A DNA stretch of 63,885 nt, the filler included, from an uncultured bacterium (GTDB lineage: Bacteria > CAZSTA01), in the NCBI GenBank assembly GCA_964609495.1. It is 4 parts of 4 records of this genome, joined end to end, with 100 filler letters (N's around TTAATTAATTAA, not from the genome) between each part and the next. Parts side by side here need not be neighbours in the genome. Positions count along the whole stretch, not along the records: positions 34,503 to 51,598 come from CAZSTA010000066.1; 3 more parts are not named here. The stretch is one strand, 5' to 3'. This document shows positions 38,030 to 46,376 of the stretch, piece after piece. The position numbers and the translations under genes are program-made. How positions within the stretch are numbered: the stretch's first letter is position 1; each line of letters opens with the position of its first letter. Below the pieces are notes generated by a model that was given only the letters and a program-made list of their open reading frames with translations, was not told the DNA's origin and made no database searches.

Positions 38030-38815
38030 TTACAACTCCTTTCTCTCTAGCGCGCTAATCTTAGCTACTCGACGCGAATGCCTGCCCCCAGCAAACTCGG
38101 TTTCCAACCAAACTTTTACGATCTCTCTAGCCAATCCTTTCCCAATAGCTCGCGCGCCCAGGGTTAGGACGTTGGCATTATTATGTTCTCGGCTACTCCT
38201 CGCGCTATAGAGGTCATATCCCAAAGCCGCCCTGATTCCAGGGATTTTGTTAGCTACGATACAAGATCCTATCCCCACCCCATCTATCATTATACCCCTG
38301 TGGCATTCGCCCCTAGCCACAGAATACGCCACCTTCGCCGCAATATCTGGATAATCCACTGGTGAGTTAGAGGAGAAAGTCCCATAATCCTTGAAGTCAT
38401 ATCCTAGCTCCTTCAAATATAACTTCAAATCGTCCTTGAGTTCCACCCCGCTATGATCACAACCGAGAGCGATCTTAACGATTACCTCCTCCCCGAAAGC
38501 CTCCTCAATCCTCGGTAACTCTGAGGAAACTACTATCTTTATCTCTCGCTCTCTAGCGGTATCCCTAGCTAAAGGAGTGATGATAGATTCGGGAGGCACC
38601 TGTATTTCTCCTCCCCGCGGAACAGTTGAAATACTTTCCTGAGTTATTAAAGTCTTTGCTCCATCCTTATCCGAGAAGGTTACTATATTCTTGGCTCGCT
38701 TTTGAGAAGAGGTATCTTCCCTCTCTGAATTTTCAATAGCTTCTGCTCCTTGAGAATCTAATAAACGATGCACTATATCCCTGATCATGGCTCTCAATTC
38801 ACTCTCCGAAGCCAT
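38030..38815 (-). CDS. rpiB: RpiB/LacA/LacB family sugar-phosphate isomerase with an N-terminal extension of about 110 aa
   Basis: GCDHSG, VDYPD, ANK.PGIRAA, REHNNANVL.LGAR and GGRH.RRV.KI motifs. Confidence 0.85.
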   Translation of the reverse strand: MASESELRAMIRDIVHRLLDSQGAEAIENSEREDTSSQKRAKNIVTFSDKDGAKTLITQESISTVPRGGEIQVPPESIITPLARDTAREREIKIVVSSELPRIEEAFGEEVIVKIALGCDHSGVELKDDLKLYLKELGYDFKDYGTFSSNSPVDYPDIAAKVAYSVARGECHRGIMIDGVGIGSCIVANKIPGIRAALGYDLYSARSSREHNNANVLTLGARAIGKGLAREIVKVWLETEFAGGRHSRRVAKISALERKEL

Positions 38816-38896
38816 CTATAATCCTCCTTCTCACCTAGAAAAGAGAGGGCTATTATCGTCCTCTCTTAGTGATTCGAGCTAGCATCTTATCACAAA

Positions 38897-39286
38897 TCAT
38901 TTTTCTATAAAGGTAAAGGCTTGGGGAAGAAGTTCCGATAAGTTTACGATCACCTGATCTCCCTTCAAATTAGCCAAGATTACCTTCATATCGGGGGCAA
39001 ATTCAGCTAATACCTGCCGACAAGCTCCACAAGGATTACAAGGACGCTCCTTATCAGCCACTATCGCTATCGCCACGAAATCGTCCTCTCCAGCGGATAT
39101 AGCTTTAACGACCGCGGTGCGCTCCGCACAGATAGTCAACCCATAAGAGGCATTCTCCACATTACAACCAGTAAAGATCTTGCCTCCTCTAGTCAAAAGA
39201 GCCGCTCCTACTTTGAAATCGGAGTAAGGAGCGTAAGCCTTCTCTCTAGCTTTTATAGCTTTAGATATAAGATCAGCGTAATCCAT
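38897..39286 (-). CDS. cdd: Cytidine deaminase
   Basis: AYAPYS.F.VGAAL, GCNVENASY, CAER and PCGACRQ motifs. Start moved to ATG 39286. Confidence 0.96.
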   Translation of the reverse strand: MDYADLISKAIKAREKAYAPYSDFKVGAALLTRGGKIFTGCNVENASYGLTICAERTAVVKAISAGEDDFVAIAIVADKERPCNPCGACRQVLAEFAPDMKVILANLKGDQVIVNLSELLPQAFTFIEK

Positions 39287-40649
39287 CTTCGGCTTTCGAA
39301 GTCTCAGACTTAGTTTTCCCACCATCATTATCTTTATCCGGCAATTTTATAATCCTGATCTTAGAGATCCGATGTCCTTCCACCTTCTCCATAACCATCT
39401 TCACTTTAAGATCATCCAACTGGAGAGTTTCCCCCTCCCGAGGGATTCTACCGAACATCGCAAAGGCAAAGCCACCAATCGTCTCGAACTCACCTTCAGG
39501 GAATCTAACTTCTACTATATCCTGAGCATCCTCAATAGAAACTATAGCATCCAATATTATACTATTATCATCTAATATCTTGAAGTGAGGCTCCTCGGTA
39601 TCATATTCGTCCTGGATCTCACCAAATATCTCCTCTATGATATCCTCCATAGTCACTAGACCAGCAGTTCCTCCGTACTCATCTAGCACGATAGCCAGAT
39701 GGGTTTTCCTCCTCTGAAAAGCGCGAAGTAGATCGTATATATTCTTGGTATCGGGAACGAAATAGGGAGGTCTTATTAGCTCCTCTACCTCTCGGATCGG
39801 TTTATCCTTCTGAGTGACCCAAAGGAGAGCCTTAGCATGAATAACACCTATGATATTATCGAGTGTCTCCTTATAAATAGGGATACGAGAATGTCCAGCT
39901 TCCTCAACGATCTTTGATACTTCCTCTACAGTAGAATCCTCCTCCACCCCAACTATATCTATCCGAGGGATCATAACCTCTCTGACGATCTTATCGCTAA
40001 GCTCAAAGATGTCCTGAATAATCTCTTTTTTATATTGGGGATCTCCCTCGTATAGTTCCTCTAAAAGAGCTATACCACCCTCAGAAGGAGAAGAGGGAAC
40101 TATCTCTAGTTCCTCCGAACTGTCTCCCCCTAATAATCTAACGAACTTACCGGATATAAAGATCAAGAGGAAAACAATAGGGCTTATTAGCCAATTATAG
40201 ATCCTGATTATAACGGAAAGTTTTATAGCCCATCTCGCAGGATCTTGTCTAGCTAAGGATCTAGGCACTATCTGAGCTAAAATAGCTATTAGGAAAAACA
40301 TTCCCCCGATGGCTATCGCGAGACCTTTATTGCCCCATAATATAAATGCCAGGTGAGTGGCAAAGGCAGAGGAAGCCACATTAGCTAATACGATACCAGC
40401 CATAAGCGATATCGGCAGTCCCGGCTTCTCTATCAAGCTTATGAGCACCTTGGCTCGAGATTCTTCCTCCTTTTTCAAAGTCTCGATCTGAGATTTGCTT
40501 AATGATAAAAGGGATATATAAGCACAGGAAAGAAGAGCTGAGGCTACTAATAATAAACCTAGCGCCGCGATCTCCCACCAGGGGATCTCATAGATAACAT
40601 CTCCAGCCAGGGTACTTACAGAATCTATATCACCTTCTGAACTTTCCAA
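39273..40649 (-). CDS. Hemolysin-family CNNM/CBS/CorC protein
   Basis: TM domain, VREVMIPR, HSRIPIY, DEYGG..GLVT.EDI.EEI.GEI.DEYD and CorC_HlyC tail. Start moved to TTG 40649 because ATG 40724 lies only 3 nt from the -10 box. Confidence 0.88.
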   Translation of the reverse strand: MESSEGDIDSVSTLAGDVIYEIPWWEIAALGLLLVASALLSCAYISLLSLSKSQIETLKKEEESRAKVLISLIEKPGLPISLMAGIVLANVASSAFATHLAFILWGNKGLAIAIGGMFFLIAILAQIVPRSLARQDPARWAIKLSVIIRIYNWLISPIVFLLIFISGKFVRLLGGDSSEELEIVPSSPSEGGIALLEELYEGDPQYKKEIIQDIFELSDKIVREVMIPRIDIVGVEEDSTVEEVSKIVEEAGHSRIPIYKETLDNIIGVIHAKALLWVTQKDKPIREVEELIRPPYFVPDTKNIYDLLRAFQRRKTHLAIVLDEYGGTAGLVTMEDIIEEIFGEIQDEYDTEEPHFKILDDNSIILDAIVSIEDAQDIVEVRFPEGEFETIGGFAFAMFGRIPREGETLQLDDLKVKMVMEKVEGHRISKIRIIKLPDKDNDGGKTKSETSKAEDGLR

Positions 40650-40727
40650 AAAAGGATTACCCCCCAAATGGGCCCTTACTAGCCGTTCTCTGAACCAATT
40701 ATCAATCGTGTTTATAGACCCCATCTA

Positions 40728-40756
40728 ATTATACAATCTTATTTTCTCTTTGTCAA
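40728..40756 (-). promoter_or_regulatory. Perfect consensus sigma70 promoter of the CNNM-cdd-rpiB-deoC-recO run
   Basis: TTGACA-17nt-TATAAT on the minus strand. Confidence 0.85.
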
Positions 40757-40801
40757 GTTAAATGCCCACTTTTGTAAGTGATAAGGGAGTCGCTAGATTT
40801 A

Positions 40802-41728
40802 CTATCTGAGGATAATATCGAGTAGAACCTCACCCACCATCCTTAGGCTCTCTGGGCTGCATTTATCAGAGGTATCTCCTGTAGTGTGCCAATAAGGATA
40901 ATCGAAATCTATTATATCTATGCATTTCACTCCAGCGACGATAAGAGGAAGATGATCATCCATTATAGCACTTCCAATAATATCCTCAAATTGATGATAA
41001 CCTAACTTCTGAGCCGTATTCCAGACCATATCAACGATATCAGGAGCATAAGCTAGAGAATACCTCTCTTTATGTATATTTAGGTCCTTATCCCCTATCA
41101 TATCTATTAATATCGCATAATCAGGGAGATATTGAGACATATTCTTAGCGAAATACTTCGAGCCGAGAAGCCAATCGTTATCTAGAGGATTATCAGGATC
41201 GAACCAAGTCCCTGCATCCTCTCCATCGAAGAGCACTATTATCACCTCTCGCTCTAAATCCTGCGAGCTTAGAATCCTAGCTATTTCCAACAAGACGGCG
41301 ACTCCAGACGCTCCATCATTAGCTCCGATAACTGGCTCACTCCTCCTCTTCTTACTTGGATCCTCATCGGCATGCGGACGAGTATCCCAGTGAGCCGCTA
41401 AAAGAATCCTCTCCTTGGCCTCCCCTTCTGGAGAGAAGATAGCGATGATATTCGTCAATTGGTAGCCAAAGGAAGTGAAATTCTGGGTATCTACCCTATC
41501 CGCATATCTCCTAAGCTCAGCTATCAGATACTTCTTCGCTTCAAAATGTCCTTTAGAGCCAGGATAACGCGGTCCAAAGCTGACCTGCTTTTCCAAATAG
41601 GAGAAAGCACTAAGAGCATTGAATTGCTCAGCAGAAGAGATGCTTACCTGACTCACTAAAGAAAATAGGATAATTAGCAACAGGGTGTATCTCAACATAG
41701 ATCCCCTCCTCACAATTGGTATTTTCAA
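40802..41728 (-). CDS. Exported M28 family peptidase / glutaminyl-cyclase-like protein
   Basis: Signal peptide; FGPR.PGS, AHWDTRP, GANDGASG, FDGED, DMIGD, DDH and WHT motifs. Confidence 0.85.
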   Translation of the reverse strand: MKIPIVRRGSMLRYTLLLIILFSLVSQVSISSAEQFNALSAFSYLEKQVSFGPRYPGSKGHFEAKKYLIAELRRYADRVDTQNFTSFGYQLTNIIAIFSPEGEAKERILLAAHWDTRPHADEDPSKKRRSEPVIGANDGASGVAVLLEIARILSSQDLEREVIIVLFDGEDAGTWFDPDNPLDNDWLLGSKYFAKNMSQYLPDYAILIDMIGDKDLNIHKERYSLAYAPDIVDMVWNTAQKLGYHQFEDIIGSAIMDDHLPLIVAGVKCIDIIDFDYPYWHTTGDTSDKCSPESLRMVGEVLLDIILR

Positions 41729-43284
41729 CTACAAATCGAACTATATACGAGAAAGAAGAGATATAATATTAGGCCAGCTATGATTATCTTGCTAACCATT
41801 ATAAATCTCTTCGGATGAGATAGTTTTATCATCTTAACCCGCAAGTTGTCAACCTTCTCAATACCGATTACCAATGTATTAGTGCTCGTCAGACCCTCAC
41901 AACTAACATCCTCTTGGAGATATGATCTCTCAGTCCTCGATTTAAGATATCCTAAAGAGATGAAGAGACCAGCTATCATCAAAGTTGAGATCACGGTTGA
42001 GGGGGTATGAAGAGGAAAATCGACCGCGCTATTGATCGCGATCCCTGCTAATCCAGAGATCATCCCTAAGCTTAGCCACCGCCAATATTTATCATCTAAA
42101 TTACTTATGATTCTAAGACCATCCCTAATAAAAAAGAAGATCGCTAGTGAAAAGAATATCAAGCTAAATATTCCCACCTCTGCCGCATATTGCAGGTAAT
42201 CGTTATGAGCATACATAGCGGTAGCGCTATTATAATGTTTTATATAATAGTCGCATCCCCCTCCAAGATTATCATTCGTCCAATCCAATCTATATCGAGG
42301 AAAAGCCCGATGAAAAGTTCCCAGACCAATACCGAAGACGGGATGATCCTTAATCATATTGATAGCTGATCTCCAAATCAGAGTTCTGATCTTAAATGAA
42401 CACGGATGAAGTATATACATACCTCCCAATCTTAATAGATACACCCCTCTTACTCTGAGTATATTACCAACTGATATCCCCAATAGAATAAGGAGGATTA
42501 AAGTAAATATTATAACCCGCTTTCTATCCATCAATTTCTTCCTTATCATCAACATCAGGAAGAATAGCATACCAAAGGCTATACTTATGAATCCTCCTCG
42601 CGAGGAAGTGAATAACAAACATAGAGAGAGAATTGTCAATATAGTTCCCGATAATATTTTCAATACCACCCTCGTATTAGCTAGGAATAAGCCGAGAGCT
42701 AGAGGTATCATTAAAGCTAAATATCCCGCTAGTAGATTAGGATTACCATATACCGATTGCACTTGTAATAGCTTATCTATTCTCATTTTTATCTCAAAGC
42801 CGAATAGACTGAATTGCAAAGTATAACTGAGGAAGTGCTGGCAGAATCCGTATATGGCTACTAAAGAGGCGATAGTTAACATAAAAATCAGAAGATTTCT
42901 GATCTGCCTCTCAGTTTTTATATTATTGACTACCACATAATATATGATCGTATAGGTTGCTAGTTTGTAAAATTCTTTTTTACTAGTGGAGCTATCTATT
43001 GAGAAGTTTATAGATATTAGGGATAGTAATAATATACCTAATATGGATATATCCAGAGGAGTAACTCTAAATATAAACTTAAGAGCAGTGGTCATCCTCC
43101 ATAACCAAAGGATGAGCAAAGCCAAAGTTATATAGTATATCAAAAGGATAGAGACGGGTGATCCTCTATCTCGAGTCAAAGGTATATATAAGCTCAGTAG
43201 TCCTATTAGTATCAGGAGAAGGTGAGTTGAATATCTCTTATCTGCTTGAGACATAATCATCTCTTCCCTATCTGCTAACATCAT
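41725..43284 (-). CDS. O-antigen ligase (Wzy_C) family membrane protein
   Basis: GNPNLLAGYL, TSSRGG, R..IW, P.FGIG.G.F and AHNDYLQ..AE.G motifs. Confidence 0.88.
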   Translation of the reverse strand: MMLADREEMIMSQADKRYSTHLLLILIGLLSLYIPLTRDRGSPVSILLIYYITLALLILWLWRMTTALKFIFRVTPLDISILGILLLSLISINFSIDSSTSKKEFYKLATYTIIYYVVVNNIKTERQIRNLLIFMLTIASLVAIYGFCQHFLSYTLQFSLFGFEIKMRIDKLLQVQSVYGNPNLLAGYLALMIPLALGLFLANTRVVLKILSGTILTILSLCLLFTSSRGGFISIAFGMLFFLMLMIRKKLMDRKRVIIFTLILLILLGISVGNILRVRGVYLLRLGGMYILHPCSFKIRTLIWRSAINMIKDHPVFGIGLGTFHRAFPRYRLDWTNDNLGGGCDYYIKHYNSATAMYAHNDYLQYAAEVGIFSLIFFSLAIFFFIRDGLRIISNLDDKYWRWLSLGMISGLAGIAINSAVDFPLHTPSTVISTLMIAGLFISLGYLKSRTERSYLQEDVSCEGLTSTNTLVIGIEKVDNLRVKMIKLSHPKRFIMVSKIIIAGLILYLFFLVYSSICS

Positions 43285-43519
43285 AACGAAACCCTCCCTA
43301 ATATGATAACATATTTTATCTTAATTTCCCAGATCGAACTAAAATTATTTTCTTAACTAAAGAGGGATGGATATGGTTTATATCCAAAGTTTCTCATTAT
43401 AGCTTGATTTTTGTGAGGATATATGATATACTTAAAACCATATTTATAACCTAACTTTGACAGCTAGGAAAGTTGAGAGCTCTCGAACAGATGGAATATC
43501 TCGTTCTATACGATAAGGA

Positions 43520-44269
43520 GTGATGAGAATGAAACGTTTCAGTTGGCAGATTCTTTTAGGCTTATCTTTGATTGCATTATCTATATTTTCTTATATCATT
43601 CACTATACAATCTTTAGAGATGTCTATCATATCTTCATCTACTTGGTAGGGGATATTGCCTTTGTCCCTATCGAGGTCCTGTTGGTTACCCTGATAATAC
43701 ACCAGCTACTGAGTAACAGGGAAAAACGCGCCAGATTAGAAAAGATGAATATGGTCATAGGAACCTTCTTTAGTGAAGTTGGAACAAGACTATTAACTTA
43801 TCTTTCCGACTTTGACCCTAAACTGGATAAAATTAGAAGTGAGCTTATTGTGAGCAACAATTGGTCTGAGCAAGAATTTCTTAATGTTAGCAAAAGTCTT
43901 AAGAATTATGATTATGGAGTCGAGATTCAAAAGGTCGATTTAGAGGATTTACGCAATTTCCTTACCGAAAAAAGGGATTTTTTACTGCGGTTATTGGAAA
44001 ACCCCACTTTGCTTGAACACGAATCCTTTACAGGGCTTCTCCGGGCGGTTTTTCATCTGACCGAGGAATTAGACAGCAGGAAGGATTTTAGTCAGTTGCC
44101 CGATACCGACTATGAACATCTTGCCGGTGATATAAAGAGAGCATACGGTTTGCTAGTCTATGAATGGCTGGATTATATGAAATATTTGAAAGATAATTAT
44201 CCCTATCTCTTTTCTCTTGCTATGAGGACGAATCCTTTTGATCAGGAGGCATCACCAGTAGTAAGATGA
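43520..44269 (+). CDS. Hypothetical protein with two N-terminal TM helices
   Basis: 249 aa with an AAGGAG RBS and an upstream TTGATT-17-TATACT promoter (43404-43432). Confidence 0.75.
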   Translation: MMRMKRFSWQILLGLSLIALSIFSYIIHYTIFRDVYHIFIYLVGDIAFVPIEVLLVTLIIHQLLSNREKRARLEKMNMVIGTFFSEVGTRLLTYLSDFDPKLDKIRSELIVSNNWSEQEFLNVSKSLKNYDYGVEIQKVDLEDLRNFLTEKRDFLLRLLENPTLLEHESFTGLLRAVFHLTEELDSRKDFSQLPDTDYEHLAGDIKRAYGLLVYEWLDYMKYLKDNYPYLFSLAMRTNPFDQEASPVVR

Positions 44270-44348
44270 AATGATTATAATATCATTTTCGAGTGTCGTG
44301 TAACCGTCAAAATATAAGATAAGCCCTAGGTGTTAAGGAGGGTGAGCT

Positions 44349-44522
44349 ATGAAAAAAGCTGAAATTAAAGAAGTAACCGTAAAGATCGATGGCAAAGAGA
44401 TACCAATTAATCAGTTTGTAACCGAAATTATAGGGCATACAATTTTAGGAATGATCTCTCCACTTAGAGAGGTGGGAAACCCTCGAAAAATTGAGATCAA
44501 GGTAGAGCTTGAATGCTCCTAG
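44349..44522 (+). CDS. 57-aa protein resembling the C-terminal domain of extended MobB proteins
   Basis: Manual translation MKKAEIKEVTVKIDGKEIPINQFVTEIIGHTILGMISPLREVGNPRKIEIKVELECS*. Strong AAGGAGG RBS. Below the ORF-track cutoff. Confidence 0.65.
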   Translation: MKKAEIKEVTVKIDGKEIPINQFVTEIIGHTILGMISPLREVGNPRKIEIKVELECS

Positions 44523-44725
44523 GGACTCAAACACCACAGATTAGATAAGAGAAACTTTATGAAGTTCTACCCTTGTTAGAGTCTATCTTCCTCAAATACT
44601 TTGATCTTATATCCAAAAGTCTTCATCTTTTATACCGAATTGAGGATAAAGTTGAAATTATTTCTGAAATATTAGATAATTATGATGGTAACTCTCAAAG
44701 AAGGGAAAGGAGGGAGAAGATAAAA

Positions 44726-45103
44726 ATGTTGAAGAAAGTGATGATTTTAGTTTTGCTATTCAGCATAGTAACATTAGCAATAGGTTGTGAAAAATCAAAG
44801 CCTATTATAAAGTATGGCAATGCTGAGGGATGTGTTAAAGATGCTATTACCAAGTTAGGAATTGAAGGAGCATCGGTAGTCATTGGGGGTAAACAGGATA
44901 AAACTGATGGTAATGGAGAGTATAACATTGCTAATATACCAGTAGGAAATCAAAGTATTAATGTTTCTAAAGAAGGTTACCAAAGCTATACCGGGAGTGT
45001 AGAAATCAAGGAAGGTTCAAATAACCTAGATGATATCTTACTAACTCCTCCTATGACTCCAGTTACATCGCTCAGTTCAGTCATCCAAATTACAAGAAAG
45101 TGA
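44726..45103 (+). CDS. Lipoprotein with a carboxypeptidase-regulatory-like beta domain, probably 3'-truncated
   Basis: Lipobox LAIG-C; IEGASV, TDGNGEY and VSKEGY motifs. The stop codon overlaps the first bases of a repeat copy. Confidence 0.7.
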   Translation: MLKKVMILVLLFSIVTLAIGCEKSKPIIKYGNAEGCVKDAITKLGIEGASVVIGGKQDKTDGNGEYNIANIPVGNQSINVSKEGYQSYTGSVEIKEGSNNLDDILLTPPMTPVTSLSSVIQITRK

Positions 45104-45156
45104 GTTCAAGACATAATTTCCCCCTCGTCCTATCCCTCTCCCACGAGAGGAGAGGG
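45102..45156 (-). repeat. Repeat family module A, inverted
   Basis: The reverse complement matches positions 24-78. Confidence 0.85.
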
Positions 45157-45182
45157 TCTCTTGCTAGAAAGGAGAGCATAAT

Positions 45183-46124
45183 ATGAGAACTGTTCCACTT
45201 GGAAACACCGGTGTCGAGGTGAATGTGTTTTGTCTAGGGACGATGCTTTTCGGGAGTAGCACCGATAAGGCAATGTCGTATCGCCTACTGGATCAATATG
45301 TCGAAGCAGGTGGCTCATTTTTGGATACCGCCAATGTATATGCCCAGTGGGTACCGGGCTACGTGGGTGGCGAAAGCGAAACCTTGTTGGGACGCTGGAT
45401 GCGGGAGCGTGACAACCGTTCCCAGATATTCATAGCTACCAAGGTGGGATTTCTGATGCCGGGCGTCGAACGGGGATTGCGGAGACATCAGATAGAAGCG
45501 GAATGCGAGAAGAGCCTTAAACGACTAGGAGTCAATACAATAGATCTCTACTATGCCCACGTCGATGATCGGAATACGTCCTTGGAGGAGACGATGGAGA
45601 CGTTCGATCGGCTGGTGAGAGCAGGCAAGGTGCGCTTCATCGGAGCGAGCAACTTTTTGGCGTGGCGTCTGGAGGGGGCGCGTTGGGTTAGCCAAACGCA
45701 CAACTGGGCTGAGTATTGCTGTATACAGCAACGCTACTCTTATGTGCGCCCTAAGCCCGGGGCGAGCTTCGATCCTCAGATTGCCGCCAACGACGATTTG
45801 CTCGATTACTGCCGCGCCCGGAACATCACTATGCTAGCCTATTCACCTTTATTAGGAGGCACCTACACCCGCGCCGACCGACCCTTGCCCGAACAGTATA
45901 TTGGGCCAGATAGCAACGCACGTCTGACTGCGTTGAAAGCTGTTGCTGAGGAGAAAGGAGCCACCGCCAATCAGATCGTGCTGGCCTGGATGATACAGAG
46001 TGAACCGTGCGTTATACCGCTGATTGGGACCAGTAGCGTTGAGCAGATGCGAGAGAACTTAGGCGCGCTGGAGATCGAACTCAGTGCTGACCAGATGGCT
46101 CGGTTAAATAACGCTTCTGCTTAA
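45183..46124 (+). CDS. Aldo/keto reductase
   Basis: LGTMLFG, LDTANVY, IATKVG, SLKRL..IDLYYAH, IGASN and AYSPL motifs. Confidence 0.94.
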   Translation: MRTVPLGNTGVEVNVFCLGTMLFGSSTDKAMSYRLLDQYVEAGGSFLDTANVYAQWVPGYVGGESETLLGRWMRERDNRSQIFIATKVGFLMPGVERGLRRHQIEAECEKSLKRLGVNTIDLYYAHVDDRNTSLEETMETFDRLVRAGKVRFIGASNFLAWRLEGARWVSQTHNWAEYCCIQQRYSYVRPKPGASFDPQIAANDDLLDYCRARNITMLAYSPLLGGTYTRADRPLPEQYIGPDSNARLTALKAVAEEKGATANQIVLAWMIQSEPCVIPLIGTSSVEQMRENLGALEIELSADQMARLNNASA

Positions 46125-46188
46125 TTCCCTATAGCACAACCTCACCAATAAATAAGGTATAGAGTCCTTCAGGGAGAATTGTTTAAAT

Positions 46189-46306
46189 CACCCTCCCCTA
46201 ACTCCTCCCATCGAGGGAGGGGAAATAAAGAGATAAGCTCTATCTGGATGTTCCCTCTCCCCTCGTGGGAGAGGGATAGGGTGAGGGGGGATTTATATCT
46301 TCAATT
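46189..46306 (+). repeat. Repeat family modules B+A
   Basis: CCTCCCATCGAGGGAGG hairpin followed by CCCTCTCCCCTCGTGGGAGAGGG; reverse complement of 26700-26815. Confidence 0.88.
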
Positions 46307-46376
46307 GATAATCTAAAACTAATAATGGGAACTTATTTCTTTGAAACTACTTAATTAGAAAGAAAGGTGAAAAAGT

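Noticed and set aside
40650-40724. N-terminal extension of the CNNM protein
   Set aside because: The ATG lies 3 nt from a perfect -10 box and would fall upstream of the transcription start.
44573-44725. Longer start for the lipoprotein ORF
   Set aside because: The signal peptide and AGGAGG RBS point to ATG 44726.
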